From positions 28,644,001 to 28,708,000 of the forward strand of contig OX597817.1 in NCBI GenBank assembly GCA_951406725.2: 64,000 bases of DNA, read 5' to 3'. The notes beneath the pieces were generated by a model that did not search any database, was not told the DNA's origin, and was given only the letters and a program-made list of their open reading frames with translations. Shown here in pieces: positions 52,721 through 64,000 of the stretch. The number at the start of each line of letters is the position of its first letter. The stretch's first letter is position 1. The DNA comes from Octopus vulgaris (taxonomy: Eukaryota). A program made the position numbers and the translations under genes.

Positions 52721-53954
52721 ATACTCAATATATATATATATGTATATTAATTTTTTTTTAAATAGTTGTGTAACAATTTTGACTTACATTTCTTAAATAA
52801 TACTTAAAGCCTTTCTCCTATCATCTCTTTTTGCTGCTGATTATTAAATAAGACTTGATCGTACAAATTTCTTACTGTTTAAATGCATAAAAGTGATTTG
52901 CTTCATGAATCTAAATTGTCCATTTGTCCTCTCATCTTGTACAGTATTTTCTGCACATTTTCAGCATTTATTGTACCTGTGCATCTTTCACATACAAAAG
53001 CTAGTTTCACTATTAACCTTCCTTTGATATTGCTGCACATTTTATGTGTCCAAAGCTTACTCTTATGGAGTTTCTACCTATAATTTTCTACAGATCAAGC
53101 AGGGCCATCTACCTGAAGGGATTTGTGATTTCTCTGCCTCATCTTGTCCTCTCATCTTGTACAGTATTTAGCAGATAATACTAGAAAGCTAACATAGTTG
53201 CCTCTATACTGTTACTTGATTTCTAGAAACAGCAACTAAATCTACCCTTACTGTCTTTAAAAGAAAAAGTAATGAATAAAGTGTTCCTGACACTGACATA
53301 AAAGCAAAAATAGGAAATGTTCAGTGCTAGAATTCATATGTTTGCTCAATCTGATAACCCTCTCCACCATACAAAGGCATAGACACACACCCTGCAGTCA
53401 CATATGAAGGCATACATATTGTTAATAAGATATTTTGTTATATTTCAAGAGATTTTTTTTTAAGAATTATAGGATTATTCTAATTTACATTTATTATATA
53501 TTTTCTACAATCAAAAATGCATATATTTATAATGTACATAGTATACATGGTTAGTGGAATAAAAAGCAACCCAGTTAATTTTTGCTTATTGTTAAGAATA
53601 TTTCTGTTAATCAAAATTGAATAATTTTAATACCGAGGAAAAATACCACTCACGAATTATGTTGTCATTGACCTGAGAGCTTTCTTTGAAAATTTGTTTT
53701 TATATCTCATTTTTGGTGTTGGCATATGTTAAACATGTGCTTTTGGTTGGATGCTTTTCCTGTCACCAACTCTTATCTGTTTCACAATACAGGAGTTTAT
53801 ATTCCACTGCTTTGAGAGCACAGAGCCATGACGTGTAATACTCACCGGAAATGCAAAATATGATCACATTTGTACTTGCTCAGATGCTAGAAGTGTAATA
53901 GATAACTTTCACAGGCATGCATGCACGCACACACACACTCACACACACCTATCA

Positions 53955-54115
53955 TCATATATGTGATGCATTTTCCATCTAGCAATTTTCCTCAAGGTAA
54001 TGGTTGACCAGAGGCAATAACAGAAGACAGTTAGTCAAGGTGCTGCACTGTGGAACTGAACCTAAAGACCATTTGCTTGTGAAGCAAGCTTCTTGAACAC
54101 TCAGTCATACCTGCT
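53955..54115 (-). mobile_element. SINE family A 5' half, decayed
   Basis: agaagacagttagtcaaggtgctgcactgtggaactgaacc is the reverse complement of the family A head. Confidence 0.6.
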
Positions 54116-55015
54116 GCTTAAAACTAATAATAATTCTTATTTTACTAAAGATTTCTTATGAGTAAGCACATTTTGAGATAAATACATCTAGGTAACTTAC
54201 AAGATTTAAGATTGTTTTATAAAATTTTATATCAAGTAACATTTTATAAATTTTATAAAATGCTCTTTTAATTCTTTTAGTTAAAGCTATAATGCTATGA
54301 AATTAAAATCATTAAAATCACATTTACTTAATATCTTAGAGAACAAAATTATTCATCAGCATCCAATTTTGGAGATATTATTCAAATTTAAGGAGTAATC
54401 ACAGGGAGATGAAATATAGAGGTGCTTATAACTTTCGTTAACTAAAATTTCTGTATGCTGCAACCTTTCAGATATTCAGTCTTTAAATTTAAAAGATTCT
54501 TCATAAAATTTGTCATTTATCAAACATTTTAATATATTTAAACTATGAGAAATTATTTCATGTTTCAAAATAAATATTAAATGCTTTTCTTGTAGTTTTT
54601 GATTTTACATTCTAATTAAACAAAACTGTTTAAGATTACATGTCTTTTAAAGATATATCAGTGCCTTTGAGATCTTATTAATTTATTTATAACATAATGT
54701 GCATAATTTGTATGCAGAATGTTATGAACATGCTATAAACATTCTGCATGGAAATAAATTTACAGAATGAGTGCTTTCCATTCAGCCACTGTGTGGGCTG
54801 AGTACATCATGGAATTGGAAACAACCAAATGCATACACACACCTCCAACATGCATTCAAATTTTCACGTGATTTCTTTTTTTATTATATCTTTTATACAT
54901 TTTAAATCCCTCATATACACCTGTTTTGATGTATTAATATATGTGTGTGCAGTAATTTAATATATATTCTGAAATATATTCTTTTAAAAGACGTTATTGC
55001 ACAGGTTTCTTTTTC

Positions 55016-55047
<32 letters not shown>

Positions 55048-56334
55048 GATATATATCACCTCGTGGCTTAATTTCCACAGAAATCAAAGAAATAAGGAAA
55101 AATGTGGACATACATAAATAATGATTGACAAATGTTTGAACACATGAACCATATCATTATATATGTGTATGTGTGTGTATACACGTATTTATGCATATAT
55201 CCTTAAGTGAATTTAATTCTAAGTAGTTTATATATATTGTGGCTGACATAGATATTAACCCATATATGGAATTTTACTATTTAAAATTTTATTCTATGTA
55301 CTCTTTTACTTGTTTCAGTCATTTGACTGCGGCCATGCTGGAGCACCGCCTTTACCTCCATTTTATATCTGAAATATGGCTGATATATTAAACATTTGAA
55401 AAAATGCACCTAAATGCCTCATATTTATCTGTTTATGTGTGCATGCATAAAATAATCTCATGCATATTACCTTTGCATACATAAAATGCAAGAACACAAC
55501 CGCCATATATTATTACATCCTTACACATATGCACATCTTTAATTTACTTTTACTTATTTGTACATCACTATGTAGATAACTGTGTGATCCTCTCATTTAC
55601 ATACATTTCATTTCTATTTGTCCGTATGTAGATTTGCACTTCATACTTAGAAGCATTACATCTGTATATACATACGTGTGCGTGTGTGTGTGTGTGTTTG
55701 TGGGGGGATGTATGCAAGCAATATATAAACAAAATGCAAATACACATACAAACACACAGCGTTCACTCATTCCCATGTATGTGCTGCACATCTAATCAAC
55801 TTGTTTCCCAAACCAGTTCATTTACATTAGACAGGTATTGTTTGTTTATACATTTATGTTATTTTTAAAGTTTTAGCTTCTGTTCCTCTTATTTGCCAAT
55901 CACTTCATTTCCCAAACAACTCAATCATTCTGCAGCATGGGTCGGCATTAATCAATAGATTTCTCTTGTTTTGGCTTTCTTTGTTTGTTATTTATTGATA
56001 TTTTCTTTTCAAATAGATTCTCTTAATTTTGTGATGTGATATCTTCCTCCAGACAGTCTATCATTTTGTCTATCCTGATCCTCTGGTAGTCTTTCAGATA
56101 TTCTTGGCTCATTTGTATTAATATATGTATATAGTATGCAGCTATATAGTATATGTATGTGTGTTTGGAAAGAGAGAGAAAGAAATTCATAACAAGAGTT
56201 AATTTTGTGGCACCAGTTTTTTGTCTATATTTTTTGTTTGGGTGTATACTTATACTTATTAACAAAAAAAGAAAATGGTACTTTCAATTGTGGACACTCC
56301 CCTCAGCACATAAGCATATCTGTGTGTGTTGTGT

Positions 56335-56373
<39 letters not shown>

Positions 56374-56432
56374 TATACATACATACATGTGTGTGTGTAT
56401 ATATATATATATATATAAATACACAAACATCA

Positions 56433-56465
<33 letters not shown>

Positions 56466-58829
56466 AATGTGTATGCTTGTGTGGGTTTAGCCCAAGTGTA
56501 TATATGTACAGAGACATGTTGATTTCATCCACAATTTCTGACCATAATCTAAAAATGAGGATGCCATGATGTCATCATGTCGGAATACATTTCAGCTCAA
56601 GGTTAATATCTTGTTCTCCAGTACATTTAGATTTGTTAGCTTCCAAATAGTCGACAGACAAAAATGGTGCTAATGTACATGTGTAAACTTCTCCTGTCGA
56701 GTTTGATTTCATTTAACCTCAGAAATATATCCGTCTATCTGTGTGTAAACATATTTAAAGAGTTGAACACTGAATGTTGTACGCAATGAATTCATAAATC
56801 TTTGAAATTTCCCTCTTAGTCAGAGATACAAAGCAAAAATTGAAATTTTTGAGTTAATATACATACTAAGGAAAAGCCAGTGTGATATTTGTTGAAGCAA
56901 CTATGTACACATGTTTTGGCTTGTTAGACCTCATCAGTTTGGTGAAGTCTGTTTACTGCAAATCAGTAGTTATATGTTTACATACTGGAAAAGAATTATG
57001 TATATTTTTGACCATGGGTAAAATGTACGGTTAGAAATTAAATATACTAAAAGAAATATTTCAGTGACATATTTGGGTGTGTTTGGATAATTACATTGAA
57101 GGGTGGTGTACTGAATACCTTATATTATAAATTCTTTACTTTTGGGAGATTTCTTCTTAAGTTGGTGGGAATAGAAAACAAAATCCTAATCATCTCATAG
57201 CTGAAAGCAACTCCCAAAGGAAAAGGGGTAATAAATTCAAAAACTTAAGAGTAAATTTCTTGAGTTAATTTACATGCTATGGAAAGAATAGTCTGTTCTA
57301 GTCCCCCACCACCTCATGTACATAGACATATGTGCAGACACTGGCTGATACTGATTGAACTGCAAATAGTGTTTGGAAACCCAGATTGTCTGAGCCCTTA
57401 GCTTCCTCTTTGAAGACTTCTATGATTCATGTAGAAGGATAACAATATTAAGTCTATGTCCATAGAGTGATCTGTGATATAGGAGCCATATACCTTAATG
57501 AATTAGGTGATGTTTCATGAATGTTCACATGTATCAATCTTTTTTAATTACATATATAATTACATGTATGTATCCAGTTATATATAAATATATAGCTACA
57601 TTTATATTTTTAAAAAGTATATACTCTCTAAAATACTTACATTCACTTTACTGAATATCAGAACATCATTTAAAAAAATATTTCTTGCAATGACTTCTAA
57701 ATTTTGAACTCCCCATAATTAATATTTGTTTGTCTTCATTTGGTTATATTTATGAATGAATCAGTATTCTTATCTTGATTTATTCTTGCATGTTAGTGAC
57801 ATTGTTTCAATTCCTGACATACTGATCATATATGATACCATTCATGTAAATTACAATTATAATTAAACTTAGTGTCTTGCCACAAGAAACAATTAGAGTC
57901 TGGTCAGTTCCCTGGCTGGCCATACTCCTGTCAAACTGTGCAACCCATACCAGCATGGAAAATGGATGTTAAACAATAATGATGATGATGATGATGGATA
58001 CTGATGTTATCTTAGCCCTCATATTATTCTCACATTGAGCTGAGTTATGCTCAAAGATATTATAGTTATGAGTAGATAATCTTGTTTTTGAAGACAGTAG
58101 CATGTAATTTGAAGGAGATATTGTTGCTATTTCTAGAAAGTTAGACAATATGGTATGGATACAGATTATTTTTATTTATAAATTATTAGGTACTACTCAC
58201 ATTTCAAAAATACTTTCTGCAACTTCAATGATGATGATGAGTAGGATAATACGGAAGTGTAGTAGATATACTGTGCACAAAATGCATTGTTTGGCATTCC
58301 GAGATATCAAATGTCTCAAGTTCTAACAGCATGAAAGGCAAATTTGCCTTTTCTAGCATAATGAAATAAACACCAATCTCTAATCGTATTCTAAACATTT
58401 TTGAGTGTCAAGGATTTCTGTTAGCACTATCAAAATCAAAGTATTAGATTTATGAAATCCTGCACAGAAGTGACTCTGAACTAGTTCAATAAATTGTTGC
58501 AGAATAAATAATAAAAATGTTAAACAAGTCTTTTTCATGTTGTCATTGCTTCTAAACTGCAATATTCTTATTCCCAATAGTGGAACATGAAAGTAATAAA
58601 GGTTGAAAATGACTTGATGCATGACATTAAAGAATCTTAAAAGGACTACCCTATTATGGGAATAGGTTTAACAGGTCAAAGCTGAGATGAATAGAGGTAT
58701 CTTGCTGCTTAGTATTCAAGCAATGAATGAAGAAACTAAACTGATCTAAAATTAAACTCCTCCAAATAATTACTAAGGTGCATACAGAATATAGCTGACA
58801 TCAGTTGTTTAGCAATTTCCCAGCATTAA

Positions 58830-59280
58830 AGTATATAAAATATTTGTCCCCCACTTTCAATGGCACCTGTCCTTGTGGTCAACCTCCTAAGATTAACTTC
58901 ACCACTTCTTCCTTTGTCTACTGTAGTCTTTCTTGCAGCTTCCTTCCACTGGCATCTCTTGGTACTTATTTACCCATATACCATCCTCTCTGTGCATCAC
59001 ATGCCCATACCAGCTTAGTCTTCTGTCTTGAACATATCTTACTCCTCTTATATAGTTTTTCTCTCAACTCATTTGCACTGTGTTATTCATGCATACTAAC
59101 TATATACACTCAGCTTTGCATGTCCATTTCATATCTTTCCAGTTTTCATGCATTATCCACATTCACTGCTCATTTCCCTACCATGCAACATCACATTTAT
59201 ACACAATCATTATTCAATCTAATTTTCCTGCAGATAAGTTTGTTTGCAGTATAGGTAATAGCTCCTTGAACCTTTGCCAC
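58830..59280 (-). mobile_element. Old RTE ORF C-terminal remnant
   Basis: cacatgcccataccagc (WYGHV on the minus strand), colinear with 7715-8090. Confidence 0.5.
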
Positions 59281-60424
59281 TCTTTGTATGTGTATCACAC
59301 TCTATGATTCTATGTGTATATGTATATTCTTACATTCCATTTGTGCTTGTTTGAGATGACAAAAATTATCTCAGTAGTATTTTGCAAAGATGCAACTTTT
59401 CAAGTGCAACCTCATTGATATCAAATGAGATGTAGAGTGGCATGTACAGAATTTCTGTATAATTTTCTCTTCATTCTCGATTTTTCTATGCACTAACCTA
59501 ACTTTTTTGAAACATATAGGTCTGTACACTTCATTCATATTTTTGTATGACATGGATAATACATACAATAACTGAAGCTCTCAAAAAGTTTTTCTTTGGA
59601 AGTTGGAAACAATTTCTTAAAAATTTACTAAAGCAGTTATCTTTTCTTTAGATATTGTGTTTTTGATATTTGTCAAATCAGAGATGTAAAAAACAAAATA
59701 ATTTTAGGACCTATTATAAGCTCCAGGGTCATGAGTTATCCACACTATTGGAAAATAATCATGTGAACATACATGTGCGCATACTCATATTCTCTGTCAT
59801 GTATATAGAATACTGTTAATTGGTAATTTTCACATTTGTAAGGATTGTCAAAAAAGACAAGGATGTAAATATGCATAATTTTTTAATAATAAACAGCAAT
59901 TAAAGAAACAATACAGAAGTAATATACCACCATACCAACCATTGTGTGTATTTCTATTGAATTTACTTTATTATCTTGAATTTCTTTAGTTGAAATATAT
60001 AATAGCCATTACTAGGAGAAAATGAAACAAAATAAGTAATCTTTTCATTAATGAGATTTTTTAAAATATTTATTATACTGTTGTATATTTCTCTTACATA
60101 TTATACTTCGCTTGTTGAAAATCCTAATATACCTTGCTCTAAGCATCTTTCTGTTTATTCCATCACAAAACATCTACTCATAATTTAATATTACAAAACT
60201 TTTAACTTAGCATACATGTTATTTAAACTTTTAGCTTTTTTATACGTATAGTTTAGAGATGAGATATTTTTATTGAGAGGATAATTCTCTACAAAACTCA
60301 TATTGTTTGTACCAGTTGTTTGATTTTTGATTGTTATTAGCTGCCACTTTTGAGTTTGTACATTGATACAGGATGGATTTGAACCTTTATTCATAACTAA
60401 AGCTTATTTATGTCCTTACACATA

Positions 60425-60660
60425 AAGAAGCCTATTGTGTGTGTGTGTCTTTGTGGCTGTGTTTGTTCTCCACTTCTGTTTGACAACCAGTGTTGATGTA
60501 TTTCTTCCTGTAAGATAGTGGTTCAGCAAAAGAGATCAATAGAATGAGTACCAGGCTTTAAAAAAAACAAAAAACTTGGGGGTTGATTCATCCGGTTAAA
60601 ATTCTTCAAGGCATTGCCTCACATGGCTGCAGTATAATGATTAAAATAAGTAAAAGAAAA
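60425..60660 (+). mobile_element. SINE family A 3' half, decayed
   Basis: tgacaaccagtgttg...ggttcagcaaaagagatcaatagaatgagtacc. Confidence 0.7.
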
Positions 60661-60819
60661 TATTAATTATATATTCTTTCATAGCTCGCTCTAAGACAGC
60701 TTACACCATACAAACATTAATATTTTGTTATTTCTTTCTACAAATCATTCTGAAATAAGATGGAAAGGAAATGTAGCAAACGTCAATCCCAGCAGTAGCA
60801 GCAGCAGCAACAGTAACAC

Positions 60820-61030
60820 CTACTGTAGGTACAAGGCCTGACATTATGCTGGGAGAGGCTTAGTAAATTACACTAACTCCAGTATGCAACTGATACTTAT
60901 TTTATCAACCTCAAAAAGATGCAAAGCAAAGTTGACCCCAGCAACATTTGAACCCAGAATGTAAAGTCATCAGAAATGCTACTAAGCATTTTGTTTGGCA
61001 CAGTAATGATCCTGCTAGCTGGCCACCTTC
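60820..61030 (-). mobile_element. SINE family B, decayed
   Basis: acttattttatcaacctcaaaaagatgcaaagcaaagttgacc...cctgctagctggccacc. Confidence 0.7.
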
Positions 61031-61031
61031 T

Positions 61032-61086
<55 letters not shown>

Positions 61087-61129
61087 TGATGATTATTATG
61101 GCCTGGAAAGATCAAAGATGCAGGATTGA

Positions 61130-61592
61130 AAATAAAGATTGAAAAATCATGTGGGATGCAATGATTCAGTGTGACCATCAGATTAGACATTGAAAACCTG
61201 ACATTGTTGTGGTGAACAGAAAAGAAGAAACATGACTAACAATTGACATAGCATGTCCTGGTGACAATAGGATTGAAGAGAAAGAAGAAAGAACAGCTAT
61301 GATAAATTGAAATGGGAAAGATGCAGGTTATAGGCAATAAAGAGTGAATGTGTTAGCAATAGTAATTGGTGTGCTTGGAAGTATCAGCACTCAACTTCTA
61401 ATGTGTCTCAAAAAGATTGGTACAAATTTGAAGATACAGCACCTACAAAAATCAACATTGTTTGGCACTATGAGTGTTTTGTGCAGAGTTCTTGAAGCTT
61501 CATCAGTAAACAAGTGTCACGTTAGCCTGCTGACTGTGGGCAGTTGACACTTTCAATTATACCCAGCAAAATAAGCTGAGAGTTTTTCATCA

Positions 61593-61595
<3 letters not shown>
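61130..61595 (+). mobile_element. R4/Dong-clade 3' end between (TAA)n tracts
   Basis: KPDIVVV...IDIACPGD...AIVIGVLG...LQKSTLFGT; (TAA)n at 61033-61085 and 61593-61638. Confidence 0.85.
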
Positions 61596-61639
<44 letters not shown>

Positions 61640-61869
61640 GAGCACTCTGAGAGCGCAAACCTCTGCCAAAGCAATATCAGTGTCCTCTCACCAATTAGCC
61701 AGAGATGATTTTTAAAATAAGAATATCTGAAATAAACTCAAATGCTCTCACAAACGAGAATACTAAAAATAAACCTGACCGCTCTGAAAAGTTAAAAAAA
61801 AAAGGAAAAATAATCCAAATTCCTTGTCCAGTACCTGATCGATTGCAATGGTAGTCATGGAATGTGAAG

Positions 61870-62110
61870 GTGGGTGTACAGGCCATGTTTGTAATGCAGT
61901 GTGTGTGTGTTGTCTGCAGTGGGAACAGGGACAGTTTTCTCTATGATGGCATTTTTTAGTCTATCCGCTGATATAGTGTCTTTACAACCATTAAGGTCTC
62001 TAGTGAAAAATTTGTCCGTGAATGAAAGAAAACGGAAAGGACCAGCAAACGTTGCTGTTAACAGCAGTTTACCAACATCGTCGCACACAAAAATGTGAGT
62101 TTAAGAGGTA
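61870..62110 (-). pseudogene. Gypsy/Ty3 integrase C-terminal (GPY/F module) fragment
   Basis: THIFVCDDVGKLLLTATFAGPFRFLSFTDKFFTRDLNGCKDTISADRLKNA fits the THVFVR-D...Y-GPF...DK-F...NG--DTVS-DRLK-A pattern. Confidence 0.8.
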
Positions 62111-62419
62111 AAGCTTCCTTCAACGCAGAGTTAGAAATGCAATTATCAATTAGGTAACAGGTTTTAAACAGCAGCGATATATTCAAAATTGGTAAAACTA
62201 GAAATTGTCGAGAATAAATTAAATTTATTATTGTTACTGAATATGTTAGTGTTATTTAATTTCCGAACAGTTTTGCTGCCATTTGTTTATATAGTTTGGT
62301 TATGTAGTTTGATTTCTTTATCCATCAGTTTCTACTAAGATAGAGATGCGAGTAAAATTGATAAACGAAAATAAAACTTTGGAAACAGCAATGCCACCAT
62401 AACTTATGTAGAAACCATA

Positions 62420-62596
62420 GGCGCAGGAGTGGCTGTGTGGTAAGTAGCTTGCTAACCAACCACATGGTTCCGGGTTCAGTCCCACTGCGTGGCATCTTGG
62501 GCAAGTGTCTTCTGCTCTGGCCCCGAGCCGACCAATGCCTTGTGAGTGGATTTGGTAGATGGAAACTGAAAGAAGCCTGTCGTATATATGTATATA

Positions 62597-62629
<33 letters not shown>

Positions 62630-62840
62630 CTGTGTTTGTCCCCCTAGTATTGCTTGACAACCGATGCTGGTGTGTTTACGTCCCCCGTTACTTAGCGGTT
62701 CGGCAAAAGAGACCGATAGAATAAGTACTGGGCTTACAAAAGAATAAGTCCCGGGGTCGAGTTGCTCGATTAAAGTCGTTGCTCCAGCATGGCCACAGTC
62801 AAATGACTGAAACAAGTAAAAGAGTAAAAGAGTAAAGAGT
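62420..62840 (+). mobile_element. SINE family A, full length and young
   Basis: Complete ggcgcaggagtggctgtgtgg head through the (aaagagt)n tail. Confidence 0.93.
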
Positions 62841-63504
62841 ATGCTTTCAAGGGAAAGACTTGAAAGTGAACGTCAGATTGTAATACTTCATGTAAAGTAA
62901 ATATAACAAATAATCCAGAATCCTTGTCCAGCACTGGATCAATACCAAAATCTGATCAGCTCATGCCAGTCATGAGGCCAAACATCTCTGTATGTTTCAT
63001 CCGAATCCATCCAGTGGTTCTTGAGATATCTTGTCCACAGACAAACAAACAAACACAACTGAAAATAATACCTCCGCTTTTGCTGTGGCAGAGGTCATAA
63101 TAATAATAAATTCTCTGATGCACTACCAAGCACTGGCTCTCATGGCTTCTGATCTTAACTGAGTGGAAGTGTTATCTTGTACATGTCTTGTCTTGGTATG
63201 AAAGATGGATTACAGTAAATATTCCACTCAATGCCACAGAGTTAAAAGTCCCACATTCCAGAACTTTTATCTAATGACATATTTCCCTGATTATTGTGAA
63301 ACTAATACTCATATACTAAAATTCATCACTTTATTTCTTTCTGTGCCTGTATTATCATCTTTTCTCAATTGTACGTTGAAGTTTTAAGTTTCAGTCTGCA
63401 TTTGCCAGAAGGCCATGCCTCTCATTGCCAAGAGACCTATGTCGTCTTCACTGGCTCTATTCTGTGCGGAAAAATTTCCTAATTATATTAAGATTCTCTC
63501 TGTT

Positions 63505-63617
63505 TATCTCTCTCTGTTTATCTCTGTCCGTCTGTCTGTCTGTCCGTCTGTCTGTCCGTCTGTCCATCTGTCTGTCTGTCCATCTGTCTGTCTGTCTCTC
63601 TCTCTCCCCCCCCCCCA
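63505..63617. repeat. (TCTG/TCCG)n microsatellite plus poly-C
   Basis: Direct reading. Confidence 0.9.
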
Positions 63618-64000
63618 TTGTATTTACAATTCTATATTCCTCCTCACATTCAAAAAAGTTCTAATTTTCTTCAAAATTTCATTTTTTGAAACTATCATAA
63701 ATTTGGCTACGTGGTTACTTCATTTTACACTTTCTGATGACTTTTAAAATATCATAAAGTTGTGAACATCAAAAGTCATCAAAAGCTTCTGCCTGTTAAT
63801 TATCATTTGTTATCAGATAATATACTAGTGCTGATTTACTTCAGCAGCTCAGGGAATTATCCTAACATTGTTATTAAGATTTGAGGTCTTAAAATACTTA
63901 TTTGTTTAAGAAGTTAATTTCCCAGCCTTATAATCAGAGTTTGGGAGAATATTTTCTTCTACAACCTTAGTTTCCATCTCCATCATCAGCATCATCATTG

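Larger units (their letters stand above)
61636..63099 (-). mobile_element. Helentron/HINE (DINE-1-like) element with internal cargo
   Basis: Minus strand 5' subTIR/IR acctctgcc...gcggaggt, (GTTT)n, core; 3' subTIR ggcagaggt plus a gcgctctcagagtgc hairpin; core repeat at 61809-61843 and 62909-62943. Confidence 0.75.

Overview
AT-rich, microsatellite-dense eukaryotic DNA. It is most likely intronic or intergenic octopus (coleoid cephalopod) sequence; this is an inference from the tRNA-derived SINE families, the RTE-type (GAT)n tails and the dense (TA)n/(CA)n/(TAA)n tracts. No intact host gene is visible. Nearly all listed ORFs are microsatellite or low-complexity artefacts, or decayed transposon coding fragments (mariner, RTE, R4/Dong, Penelope GIY-YIG, Gypsy integrase). 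The most notable signals are: (i) minimal type-I hammerhead ribozymes on the minus strand, one apparently intact at 23656-23701, a decayed copy at ~17125-17166, and an unrelated decayed one inside a 254-bp direct-repeat-bounded, retrozyme-like unit at 3999-4274, with a Penelope-like endonuclease remnant elsewhere in the window; (ii) a + strand acceptor fused to a perfect donor (ttcag|GTAAGT) followed by a 29-nt exon and a 16-bp G.U-containing hairpin, i.e. a candidate recursive splice site or microexon; (iii) a Helentron/HINE-like element enclosing a Gypsy integrase fragment; (iv) a stack of R4/Dong-type LINE ends in (TAA)n tracts; (v) several foldback or palindromic elements and TE-born minisatellites. 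Coordinates of old repeats are approximate, and family names are assigned from motifs, not database searches.
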